A stretch of DNA of 16,668 bases, taken from UHGV virus genome UHGV-0071483; one strand, given 5' to 3'. This DNA comes from a virus. Shown here in pieces: positions 1 through 7,604 of the stretch. The translations under genes were made by a program, and so were the position numbers. The notes beneath the pieces are model-generated. The model did no database searches and was not told where the DNA came from. It saw nothing but the letters and a program-made list of their open reading frames with translations. Every line of letters begins with the position of its first letter. Position 1 is the stretch's first letter.

Positions 1-12
1 TAACAGTGATGA

Positions 13-32
13 TACTGTTTGCACATTCAGTG
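13..32. promoter_or_regulatory. Near-consensus LexA (SOS) box-like site TACTGTTTGCACATTCAGTG (CTG-N10-CAG; one mismatch to CTGT-N8-ACAG) upstream of the Panacea-domain gene
   Basis: Direct reading of sequence; same TACTGT...CAGTG flanks as the perfect box at 11260-11279. Confidence 0.25.
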
Positions 33-49
33 TAATGAGGAGGGTGGTT

Positions 50-523
50 ATGTACAGCCCGGTACAAATAGCCAATAAATTCATAACGTTGGGAAACCAA
101 CATCATAATCCTCTGACCCACATGCAACTGCAGAAGCTTACTTATATTGCCCATGGTTACTATTTAGCATTAACAGGTAAGCCTTTGCTCAACGAATGTG
201 TCTCTGCGTGGAAGTACGGTCCGGTTATTCCCGGAATGTACGATGCTTTCAAAGATTATGGGAATAAGCCTGTTACGAATGTAGCAGTAGCTCCTTTTGG
301 TGGCATTGTTACTATGGATCCGCAAGCAGAGAGCATTATAGGGGCTGTTTATAAATTTTACGGCTCGAAAAATGGAATTGAGTTATCAACTCTAACTCAT
401 ATGCCAGGTACGCCTTGGTCACAAACTTATAATGGTATTGGCTCGTCAATCATCCCAGATGATGCGATCAAGACTTATTATCATGATTTATTGAATAACC
501 GACAGCAATGTCAGGGCCTCTGA
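50..523 (+). CDS. DUF4065 (Panacea domain; GepA/SocA/PanA-like) protein, 157 aa from the ATG at 50
   Basis: Translated motifs LTHMQLQKLTYIAHGYYLALTGKPLL...AWKYGPVIPGMYDAF and C-terminal THMPGTPW match the Panacea/DUF4065 family pattern as I recall it; GGAGG 8-10 nt upstream of ATG 50 (the ATG at 35 lies inside the SD). Confidence 0.7.
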   Translation: MYSPVQIANKFITLGNQHHNPLTHMQLQKLTYIAHGYYLALTGKPLLNECVSAWKYGPVIPGMYDAFKDYGNKPVTNVAVAPFGGIVTMDPQAESIIGAVYKFYGSKNGIELSTLTHMPGTPWSQTYNGIGSSIIPDDAIKTYYHDLLNNRQQCQGL

Positions 524-545
524 AAAAGTAATATTCAGGGATGAC

Positions 546-1094
546 ATGTCTCGCAATTCAGATATCTATAAACTTATCGGAGCGGCTGCAGGTGTTGAAA
601 ATGGTCGCTCTGAAGCATCCTTAAACTATACTGACAGTCAAGAACAGGTTTTTAAATCTGCATTTGAGCCGTCTAATCATGAGAGCGATGATGATTCTTC
701 TTCAGAAAATAAAGCTATTCTGGAGGAAGAAGAGTTTGGTTCTAATACAGGTGCATTGCATGAGTTTATGCAGCAGCACAGAATGGACAGTCTTCAAGCT
801 CAGCTTGATATGCTCAAATCACAAGTACGCGATAAGATAGCTGACGCAACTGGTAAAGAAATAGACAATGAACTTCGGACAAAAATGGCATCATTCACGG
901 TTTGTTTTATGTCGTTGTGGTGCTTATTTGTAGCCGTAATGTTTGTATCGTTTCTTATTGCTCATGAAGGAAAGCCTCCAGTTGAAGCAATCGTTGCATT
1001 ACTAGGTACAAGTACAATTAGCATTGTTGGTTTGGTTGGCTTCGTTGTTAGTGGATTGTTCAAATCAAGAAAAGATGGCGATAAAGAAAAATAA
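546..1094 (+). CDS. Membrane protein: acidic/Ser-rich, probably disordered N-terminal region, predicted coiled coil, two C-terminal hydrophobic helices; candidate toxin/effector partner of the upstream Panacea gene
   Basis: ORF 22 nt downstream of the Panacea gene on the same strand; hydrophobic segments FTVCFMSLWCLFVAVMFVSFLIA and AIVALLGTSTISIVGLVGFVVSGLF; weak SD AGGGA. Confidence 0.5.
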   Translation: MSRNSDIYKLIGAAAGVENGRSEASLNYTDSQEQVFKSAFEPSNHESDDDSSSENKAILEEEEFGSNTGALHEFMQQHRMDSLQAQLDMLKSQVRDKIADATGKEIDNELRTKMASFTVCFMSLWCLFVAVMFVSFLIAHEGKPPVEAIVALLGTSTISIVGLVGFVVSGLFKSRKDGDKEK

Positions 1095-1121
1095 CCCGTA
1101 TATACACGGGTTATTCATGGT
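1091..1121 (-). terminator. Intrinsic terminator between convergent genes (stem AACCCGT/ACGGGTT, loop ATATAC); T-tract is on the minus-strand side, weaker for the + strand
   Basis: Minus strand reads hairpin followed by ATTTTTCTTT; sits between the + strand cargo module and the minus-strand early operon. Confidence 0.6.
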
Positions 1122-1127
1122 TTTAGT

Positions 1128-1400
1128 TTAGTTATATTTTTGTTTATCCGTTCTGACCTTTTCCCACTCAGCTCGTCCTTCTTCTCGTCTTTTGTCTATG
1201 TATTCCGCAAGATCCTGAATATTGATGCAACGTTTTGCTTTTTGTGATGTGCCGATGCGATATGTTGGAATGGGCAACTTACAAGCGTTTGCTTTTGCTT
1301 CTGCCGTGGCTGGACTCATACCAAAGTACTTTTGGCTAACTGCTGAGAGTTCAATGTTTGGGGTATTGAATTCAGCCATCAGTAAAAACAAGGTGTTCAT
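1128..1400 (-). CDS. PrtN family / excisionase-like small DNA-binding protein (90 aa from the internal start MNTLFLLMA)
   Basis: N-terminus MNTLFLLMA and overall pattern resemble pyocin activator PrtN-family / Xis-like proteins; GGAG SD upstream of the ATG at 1400; last gene of the leftward operon. Confidence 0.55.
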   Translation of the reverse strand: MNTLFLLMAEFNTPNIELSAVSQKYFGMSPATAEAKANACKLPIPTYRIGTSQKAKRCINIQDLAEYIDKRREEGRAEWEKVRTDKQKYN

Positions 1401-1436
1401 AATTTTCTCCATCAAAACCGGCTGCACCCGGGAAAA

Positions 1437-2009
1437 TCATAATTCTGTGCTGGTGGCAGGAATTAATTTCTGCCAGATAGCGGAAACATATTTTGCCTGA
1501 TGACGGGCATCAGCCAGGGCGTTGTGCCGTTCGCCATCGAAAGGCATGTCCATTTTGGGGTCGAATCCGATGGAACGCCCAAGCGTAACGATCGTGCGTA
1601 CATCGTGGTCATTCCAGTACGCCCACGGGCAGATTTGTCCTGCTCGCTCGTAAGCTCCACGTAAAATTACGTTGTCGAAGGTGGCCCCGTTACCCCAGAC
1701 TTTTAAATATTTTATATTGTCTGCATGCTGATTAATGAAATGACTCAATTCAGAGAGTGCATCGCTGATCGATAAAGTGTCATCAATACAGATTGCAGCT
1801 CGTGCTTCAGGGCTCTGTTTCAACCACCACAGGATGGTATCGCCGTCAGGTGTAGCTCCTTGCTTCATAGCACTGTCTAGGCTGACAACCGCATAGAATT
1901 CTTGTCCGATGTCACCGGTTTCTGGGGTAAAGAACACCGCGCCAATGGAAACGATCGGTGCATCCTTATTTTTCCCCATCGTCTCAAGGTCGATCATTAA
2001 GTTGTTCAT
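1437..2009 (-). CDS. DEDDh-type 3'-5' exonuclease (DnaQ-like fold), 190 aa
   Basis: Motifs MIDLETMG (Exo I D-x-E), WGNGATFDNVIL (Exo II), HNALADARHQAKY (Exo III H-x4-D); ATGA start/stop overlap with the upstream gene at 2007-2011 and GGAGG SD. Confidence 0.75.
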   Translation of the reverse strand: MNNLMIDLETMGKNKDAPIVSIGAVFFTPETGDIGQEFYAVVSLDSAMKQGATPDGDTILWWLKQSPEARAAICIDDTLSISDALSELSHFINQHADNIKYLKVWGNGATFDNVILRGAYERAGQICPWAYWNDHDVRTIVTLGRSIGFDPKMDMPFDGERHNALADARHQAKYVSAIWQKLIPATSTEL

Positions 2010-2605
2010 CACTTCACCTCCTGCGGCGGTTCCGGTAGCGGCATCCAGTGGGTTACCTCCATGCAGCACCCATCATCCGACGTAAACCACGAACGGTCGT
2101 CCGCACTGAACCAGCCAATCCGGATATAACCCCACACATCGAAGAAAAGTACGTCGTGATTATTATCCGGCATTCGTTCACTACAGCTTATCCAACCATC
2201 CGGAGTTACCGGAGAGTTGCCCGACAGCTCGTTCAACTTGTAAGTCTGGCTTACAGGTTCGGCACCATGAAGCATGGCGGCGCGGCAGGCGTTCCAGCCT
2301 TCATCAAAACCGACTATGCCATTATTTAAAGACGGACGAACATCTGGCACCATCGGCACTGGCTTGGCTATATATAGCGGCTGAACATACCAGCCCTTTG
2401 ATAACCAACTGTCAGCAATGTTTTTACTCCGTGTTATTGCCGGAATACCTAAGCCATTGTCTGAATGCAGCCATGCCACCGGTTCTGCTTCCAGCGATAC
2501 CAAAGCAATTTCATAAGCACGGCGCTCAATATTGTCTCGCACATCCAGACTGCCTATGCGCTCTTTGATTTCTTTAATCAGTTCTTTGTCGGTAAATGTG
2601 GTCAT
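2009..2605 (-). CDS. DUF551-domain prophage protein (full-length YfdT-like)
   Basis: C-terminal THWMPLPEPP motif typical of DUF551 as I recall it; TAATG coupling with the upstream gene; GGAGG SD. Confidence 0.55.
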   Translation of the reverse strand: MTTFTDKELIKEIKERIGSLDVRDNIERRAYEIALVSLEAEPVAWLHSDNGLGIPAITRSKNIADSWLSKGWYVQPLYIAKPVPMVPDVRPSLNNGIVGFDEGWNACRAAMLHGAEPVSQTYKLNELSGNSPVTPDGWISCSERMPDNNHDVLFFDVWGYIRIGWFSADDRSWFTSDDGCCMEVTHWMPLPEPPQEVK

Positions 2606-2967
2606 TATGCCCCTGCCTCCGGTGCCTTTGGTATTACTGCCCAGTGAGTGATATTGACGTTTTCAAGATCCCCGACCTGAAATGTCCACTGCCATTCTCC
2701 GGTTTCCTTTTGTCCCCAGGTGTACCAGAGAGAACGCCAGCCAATCAGCCAGCCTTCTCCGTTAGCATCAAATAACAGAACACTTTCATTTGCAGGTGGC
2801 AATTCAGCTGACACTGGTATTATTTTGTTTTCCAGTGCCGCACATTTAGCTTCAAGCGCGTCGAATTTACGTACTAGGTACTCAGCATTTGTTTCGTTCA
2901 CTTTCAGATCTCGCGGTACACATTTCCCGTGAAGAAACCCTTCCATTTCGAAAACATTCATGCGCAT
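2605..2967 (-). CDS. yfdS: YfdS-like prophage protein, 120 aa (DUF551-like C-terminal motif ITHWAVIPKAPE)
   Basis: Size and position in the YfdP-Q-R-S series; alternative start at 2961 would give ATGA coupling with the upstream stop. Confidence 0.5.
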   Translation of the reverse strand: MRMNVFEMEGFLHGKCVPRDLKVNETNAEYLVRKFDALEAKCAALENKIIPVSAELPPANESVLLFDANGEGWLIGWRSLWYTWGQKETGEWQWTFQVGDLENVNITHWAVIPKAPEAGA

Positions 2968-3494
2968 TTGCGTAACTCCGATAACTCGTTAAAACGTTCC
3001 ATAAACATCCCGTAGGCATGACCTGGAGACAGTGGAATAACTTTGAACATCTCTGTTGCCGGGATACCTTCCAATACAGGCCAGAAAGAGCCATCATCAA
3101 GTCCGAGATCGCGGCGTTCGGTTGCCAGCATAATGAGATCGGCATATTTCACTGGCGTGCTCATAACAGGAGGTAACCCGTATTTCTCACGGATTACGGC
3201 GTCTATTTTTTCTTCCATCCGTTTATAGTCAGGAAGAAGTCGTTTCAGTGGTGCGGGGATGTCCTGGCAATACGCTTCTGTTGCATCATGCATTAACGCT
3301 TCAAAAGCAAATTCCTGCGGTACCAGTTGGCTGCAAAGCACCGCATGTTGGGCAACGCTGTAGAAATGTGAAAGATGCCCTGCAAAGCGACAGATATTTA
3401 AAAGAGAAACCGCGATATCGTTAATAACGATGTCGTCTTTATTTATCCTGTCATAATAAAAATGCTTCCCGGAAAAAGTTTTAATAAATGACAT
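2958..3494 (-). CDS. yfdR: HD-domain phosphohydrolase, YfdR-like 5'-deoxynucleotidase (178 aa from MSFIKTF)
   Basis: H...HD metal-binding motif (FAGHLSHFYSVAQHAV...EALMHDATEAY); sequence and 178-aa length match YfdR as I recall it; GGAGAA SD before the ATG at 3494. Confidence 0.7.
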   Translation of the reverse strand: MSFIKTFSGKHFYYDRINKDDIVINDIAVSLLNICRFAGHLSHFYSVAQHAVLCSQLVPQEFAFEALMHDATEAYCQDIPAPLKRLLPDYKRMEEKIDAVIREKYGLPPVMSTPVKYADLIMLATERRDLGLDDGSFWPVLEGIPATEMFKVIPLSPGHAYGMFMERFNELSELRKCA

Positions 3495-3621
3495 TTTGTT
3501 CTCCACGTATATGCGCTGCACCGCGCTGAATTCTGGTAAAAGGAAGCCCTCACCATCCGGCGATTATTGAGTCAATTACGTTTCCATAAATGCCCCCGCA
3601 GGGGCATTTGCAGTAATGAAA

Positions 3622-4446
3622 TCAGGCGGTGAAAGTACCAATAAAGGTTTCTACTTTGCTGTCCTTGAATTTCTCAACAAGCAGATCACGAAATTCGTTA
3701 GCCATTTCTTCCTGCACTGCTTCCAGCTGAATAATGCGCAGAACCAGTACAGGACGATCGCCAGTGATAATGCTGAGGCGTAATTTAAACGGACGTTCTT
3801 TCAGGCCTTCAAACGGAACGCATTTAAATTCAAATGCCACAGGCATAATATCTTTGGTCTTCGCTTCGACATACTCCATCAGGGAGCGTTTGCCGCTGAA
3901 GTCATTGTCTTCAAAATCAGCGGTCTGGTTTGCTTCAATCGTGATTTTACGGACTGCCGCAGCCGCTTTTGTTGCCTGAATGGCATCACCATTAGCATCA
4001 AAGCCCACAAGGTAGTCGGCCCAGTCTTCAATCCATTCTGCCAGTGACTTCTGGGAGTTACGCTCGCCATTAACAGACAACAGGGCAGAAAACGGTGCTG
4101 TCTTTTTCAGTTTGAGGGTGGCGGTGTTATCTGCGTGACCTGGTTCATCAATAGTACCCAGGTTAAGCACACTGACGGCTCGCATATTATCGGCATCGAT
4201 AAAGCAGCGGGTTCCTTCATCTGCAAGATCTTTAGAATAACGGGTAAAATCATCAATGCTGGCAGTGGAAAGCGCACCACGGAAACGGAATCGATAAAAA
4301 TTAAATTTTTCCAGATCATGAATGCGGAAATTCTCAGGCAATGCCACGGCATCGGCGCCAATCTTACTGATAATTTCATTAACACCCTGAGCAGAAATAA
4401 GAGCATAGATTTGATTAATTGCGGTTGCGTCTAAGTTCTGAGACAT
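3622..4446 (-). CDS. yfdQ: YfdQ-like prophage protein (DUF2303-like), 274 aa
   Basis: Length and position match YfdQ; GAGGAC SD upstream of the ATG at 4446. Confidence 0.65.
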   Translation of the reverse strand: MSQNLDATAINQIYALISAQGVNEIISKIGADAVALPENFRIHDLEKFNFYRFRFRGALSTASIDDFTRYSKDLADEGTRCFIDADNMRAVSVLNLGTIDEPGHADNTATLKLKKTAPFSALLSVNGERNSQKSLAEWIEDWADYLVGFDANGDAIQATKAAAAVRKITIEANQTADFEDNDFSGKRSLMEYVEAKTKDIMPVAFEFKCVPFEGLKERPFKLRLSIITGDRPVLVLRIIQLEAVQEEMANEFRDLLVEKFKDSKVETFIGTFTA

Positions 4447-4511
4447 AATAAGTCCTCACTATATAAAGATATTCAGTGATGAGATAAATAATCAGTTTAT
4501 TAAAAACGATA

Positions 4512-4874
4512 TTAACGACCTGCTGCGCGGAGTTTTCCGTCAGGTTCACCGGCAAGAGTCAGTAATTGTCCCTGGTCTTCCTGCAGAATAGTCAGGCGAC
4601 CACCGCGATTGACATACATCGGCGTTTCGGTGGTGTCTTCTTCGGAAATTTTCCCACGGTTAGTCGGGCGAACATATGAGAGTTTGTGTTTGATTTTCAC
4701 ACGGTTCTCATCAAATGGTTCGATTTCCAGGTTGAGTGAGACCTTACCTTTGGTTTTCGTGTTCATCACACCGGAAGCGACTTCACTGAGAACTGCGCCG
4801 ATTTTGGTTTCAAATACGCCGCCGTCCAGCTCCCCGATAAATGCCTGCACATCAGTACTGCGTTCGCTAGCCAT
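4512..4874 (-). CDS. yfdP: YfdP-like prophage protein, 120 aa from MASERSTDVQ (the 197-aa track ORF is over-extended upstream)
   Basis: GAGGAG SD 7 nt upstream of the ATG at 4874; the upstream in-frame extension (Cys/Arg-rich, no SD) is not protein-like. Confidence 0.55.
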   Translation of the reverse strand: MASERSTDVQAFIGELDGGVFETKIGAVLSEVASGVMNTKTKGKVSLNLEIEPFDENRVKIKHKLSYVRPTNRGKISEEDTTETPMYVNRGGRLTILQEDQGQLLTLAGEPDGKLRAAGR

Positions 4875-4922
4875 TTTGCTGCTCCTCATCATATCGACCC
4901 TGCAAGGCCGGTTGGTTTCTCC

Positions 4923-5011
4923 ACAAAACAGAGAAGAACACCTGCGGTGGCAGCCGCCCGGATGGATTGGGTTATGAGCCCGTCGTCCGGTGATGCTCTT
5001 CTCTGTTTTGT
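4923..5011 (-). other. Long hairpin: perfect 15-bp stem (4923-4937 with 4997-5011) enclosing a 59-nt GC-rich loop, immediately upstream of the yfdP-like RBS
   Basis: Inverted repeat ACAAAACAGAGAAGA / TCTTCTCTGTTTTGT read directly. Confidence 0.5.
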
Positions 5012-5057
5012 AAAAAGAGCGGTACCAGCCGGAAGCAAGTGTACAAACTGGTACCGC
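5011..5057 (-). terminator. Intrinsic terminator-like hairpin on the minus strand (10-bp stem GCGGTACCAG/CTGGTACCGC, 19-nt loop, then TCTTTTTAC) inside the leftward leader
   Basis: Direct reading; lies between the predicted PL-like promoter and the first leftward gene. Confidence 0.45.
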
Positions 5058-5468
5058 CAAAGCAGTGGCTGTTGTGGTGGGGTTGTCACTCAGGCGTATG
5101 GTCAACCTGACAATCCGGTGTCCTCAACGGGGAAAGAGTAACCCCGCCATACTTACCGCCGCGCCATTTCGCGGATTACCACAACGCTGAGAGCACTTAG
5201 CCAGTTACGGCACCACACTTTGTCGCGGTTCCATAAATGCCCTCATCGTTGCACCCTGGTCTCTTCCCAGGCGTCAAACCGAATCGCCACGCTGGTTAGG
5301 CGTCTTATCAGCATCCTCATTGACTTGCACATTCCGGCTACCTGGTTTGTTTGCCCGAGCAAGGAGTGGATTGTCCCCTTTAACGTCCCCAGACCGCTAA
5401 CGACGCATGTGCCATACGCCGTGTTACAACCAAATTTTGTTAGTACCTTGTTTGTTGGTCTGGAAAGA

Positions 5469-5522
5469 AAGATAAAATGAAGTTGCGCATCATGCAAGTG
5501 TTTTTATTGCGAGATATGCAAT
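5469..5522 (-). promoter_or_regulatory. Candidate PL-like leftward promoter (-35 TTGCAT, 17-bp spacer, -10 TATCTT on minus strand) with operator-like palindromes TTGCgcatcatGCAA (5483-5497) and ATTGCgagatatGCAAT (5506-5522)
   Basis: TTGC-N7-GCAA motif shared with the OR region at 6290-6304; position just downstream of the cI terminator. Confidence 0.35.
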
Positions 5523-5527
5523 TTTAT

Positions 5528-5556
5528 GGGAAATGAAAAGCCACCTTCGGGTGGCT
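5528..5556 (-). terminator. Intrinsic terminator downstream of the cI-like gene (stem AGCCACC/GGTGGCT, TTCG loop, then CTTTTCATTT on minus strand)
   Basis: Direct reading; 20 nt past the cI stop codon. Confidence 0.6.
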
Positions 5557-5576
5557 AATTGATGAGGAGGTAAGGG

Positions 5577-6269
5577 TTAATTGTGTCGCTTAAGGGTTTG
5601 TGACTGGCTGATTAAGACCTTTCCAAAGACCATAAACCGGTGTTCATTTTCGCTGGTAATTCCCCATTCACGGTAAATCTGGTTATCAGAAATCACCAGT
5701 AGTTTGTCAGGTATCATTTGCAGTCGTTTGACATAAATTTTATCATCAAAACCAAATACATAGATACCATCTCCATCAAACTGATTGATACTGACATCAA
5801 CGAAGATGAGATCTCCTGGCTCAATGGTTGGACACATACTGTCCCCACGAACGTTGATAACTTTAATGTGATTGGCTGGTCGTCCGCCAAACATCGATAC
5901 AGCATTATCAGTTCTGTATTCAATGGCATGAATCACATCAATGACATCACCGCCCTGGATAAGGCCATTTCCCGCACTGGCACTGACATCCAGCATTTCA
6001 ATACGGAATACATCCTTCACCTGCGCAACATCCTCACTAATACTGTTTTTACATACAGTATTACTTTTGAAGTCTGAGGTAAAGAGATCAGCAATATCAA
6101 CACCTAAGCTCCTGGCAATATTACTCAGAGCTTGTTCAGTGAATTGTTTCTGCTTACCTGTTTCCAGGCGCGAGATATTCGCCGCATCCACTCCTATTGC
6201 TTCAGCGAGATCGGCGATTTTCATGTTCTTCGCCTGGCGAAGTTGTCTGACTCGATTTCCTATGTTCAT
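5577..6269 (-). CDS. cI: cI-like prophage repressor: N-terminal XRE-type HTH and C-terminal S24 (LexA-like) self-cleaving peptidase domain
   Basis: HTH region KIADLAEAIGVDAANISRLETGK; peptidase motifs GDSM (catalytic Ser) and VKRL (Lys); divergent from the Cro-like gene; no SD, consistent with a leaderless mRNA. Confidence 0.85.
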   Translation of the reverse strand: MNIGNRVRQLRQAKNMKIADLAEAIGVDAANISRLETGKQKQFTEQALSNIARSLGVDIADLFTSDFKSNTVCKNSISEDVAQVKDVFRIEMLDVSASAGNGLIQGGDVIDVIHAIEYRTDNAVSMFGGRPANHIKVINVRGDSMCPTIEPGDLIFVDVSINQFDGDGIYVFGFDDKIYVKRLQMIPDKLLVISDNQIYREWGITSENEHRFMVFGKVLISQSQTLKRHN

Positions 6270-6366
6270 GCGTTTATTACATTTCTTTATTGCGCGTTAA
6301 GCAAATCAACTTGCGCAAAATATTTGCGTGAAATAATATGCTCATCACGCAATATGTGGAGGTTAT
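6270..6366. promoter_or_regulatory. OR-like immunity control region: candidate PRM (minus: -35 TTGCTT at 6299-6304, -10 TGTAAT at 6276-6281, leaderless cI start) and PR (plus: -35 TTGCGC at 6311-6316, -10 TAATAT at 6334-6339), with repeated TTGCGC half-sites
   Basis: Direct reading; perfect palindrome TTGCGCAA at 6311-6318 and TTGCgcgttaaGCAA at 6290-6304. Confidence 0.5.
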
Positions 6367-6627
6367 ATGCAATCACCATTACGAAATGTGCGTAAGGCGC
6401 ACGGTCTTACTTTGCAGCATGTTGCTGCGGGCGTTCAGGTTAATCCAGCAACGCTGAGTCGTATTGAGAGACTGGAACAAATTCCATCTATCGATCTTGC
6501 AGAGCGTCTGGCCAATTTTTTTAAGGGAGAAATCAGCGAAATGCAGATTCTCTATCCTGCACGCTTTCAATCTAGTCAAAACCGGAATGAGTTAAAACCA
6601 CAGGAACAGGAGGTAAGCCGTGGGTAA
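6367..6627 (+). CDS. cro: Cro-like XRE-family HTH regulator, 86 aa
   Basis: HTH GLTLQHVAAGVQVNPATLSRIE; SD GGAGG; divergent from cI. Confidence 0.75.
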   Translation: MQSPLRNVRKAHGLTLQHVAAGVQVNPATLSRIERLEQIPSIDLAERLANFFKGEISEMQILYPARFQSSQNRNELKPQEQEVSRG

Positions 6628-7171
6628 GCATCACTGGAAAGTGGAAAAACAACCTGAGTGGTACGTGAAAGCTATCAGAAAAACTATCGCGGCATTGCCA
6701 GGTGGTTACGCTGAAGCTGCTGACTGGCTGGATGTAACAGAGAACGCATTATTTAACCGCCTTCGTGCCGATGGCGATCAGTTTTTTCCGTTGGGATGGG
6801 CAATGGTTTTACAGCGTGCGGCTGGTACTCACCACATTGCGGATGCTGTCGCACAGTCTGCTGGTGGGGTGTTTGTATCACTTCCAGAAATTGAGGAAGT
6901 AGAGAACGCTGATATCAACCAACGTCTACTGGAAGTTATTGAACAGATCGGGAGTTACTCAAAGCAGATTCGTTCGGCAATCGAAGACGGGGTAGTGGAG
7001 CCACATGAGCAGACAGCAATTAATGATGAGTTGTATCTGTCGATTTCGAAGCTCCAGGAACATGCGGCACTGGTCTACAAAATTTTCTGCGTTCCAGAAA
7101 AGAGTGACGCCCGCGAGTGTGCAGCTCCGGGCGTCGTGGCGTTTTGTGTCTGTGGAGAAACTAACGCATGA
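6620..7171 (+). CDS. CII-like phage regulatory protein (CP76/YdaT-like), GTG start
   Basis: Position after cro, AGGAGG SD, 8-nt overlap with the cro stop; family assigned from general resemblance only. Confidence 0.45.
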   Translation: MGKHHWKVEKQPEWYVKAIRKTIAALPGGYAEAADWLDVTENALFNRLRADGDQFFPLGWAMVLQRAAGTHHIADAVAQSAGGVFVSLPEIEEVENADINQRLLEVIEQIGSYSKQIRSAIEDGVVEPHEQTAINDELYLSISKLQEHAALVYKIFCVPEKSDARECAAPGVVAFCVCGETNA

Positions 7172-7316
7172 ACAGTTTAACGGCAAATAACCGTTGGTCG
7201 CAACAGCTGGTGGTCCGCGTGGCTGAACACCTGTTGTTACGGCATGAATGCAGATTACCAAATCACCTGGCTGTAAGTAACCACAGAGAACTTTACCTGA
7301 CTGTGGGGGGCGAGTT

Positions 7317-7496
7317 GTGCAGGAACTTAACCGCTGGTTTCGTGACGGAAGAGGACTTTATGTTCATGTTATTCGTTGGGAGCCAGAAACACAGCGCGTT
7401 ATCTATCTTCGCAAAGACTACCCGCATGAGTGCTTTAGTCCTTTGTGGAAATTCAGGCGTGATTTTGTTGAGTGTGAAGGACCACCAGCACATTGA
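7317..7496 (+). CDS. Small protein (59 aa from GTG) in a different frame from the 383-aa track ORF; possibly DUF4222-like; may be joined to the ORF starting at 7168 via the G6 run at 7305-7310
   Basis: Protein-like translation VQELNRWFRDGRGLYVHVIRWEPETQRVIYLRKDYPHECFSPLWKFRRDFVECEGPPAH; G-rich SD-like run 7 nt upstream. Confidence 0.3.
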   Translation: MQELNRWFRDGRGLYVHVIRWEPETQRVIYLRKDYPHECFSPLWKFRRDFVECEGPPAH

Positions 7497-7581
7497 TTCT
7501 GCCATTCCGGGACGTTACACTGTTCAGGCACCTTATAAAGCGGGTGCCGGGCGTGGAAACCCGGAATTCACCAAAGCGCAC

Positions 7582-7604
7582 AACCGCGCTCTTGCGGTTT
7601 TTTT
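7582..7604 (+). terminator. Intrinsic terminator-like hairpin (stem AACCGC/GCGGTT, then T7 run) inside the 383-aa track ORF, upstream of the Rha start
   Basis: Direct reading; argues that 7168..8319 is not a single gene. Confidence 0.4.

Noticed and set aside
1437-2069. 210-aa version of the exonuclease ORF
   Set aside because: The internal ATG at 2009 is ATGA-coupled to the upstream gene and preceded by GGAGG; the 20-aa Gly/Ala-rich extension overlaps the upstream gene's coding sequence.
4512-5105. 197-aa ORF extending upstream of the yfdP-like gene
   Set aside because: The first 77 codons are Cys/Arg/Pro-rich and overlap the long hairpin; a strong GAGGAG SD precedes the internal ATG at 4874, giving the 120-aa product.
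5220-5497. Track ORFs in the PL leader (5220..5480 +, 5243..5497 -), including a 29-aa Arg-rich peptide as a possible N-like protein
   Set aside because: No convincing start context, translations not protein-like, far shorter than known N proteins; the region is better explained as structured non-coding leader.
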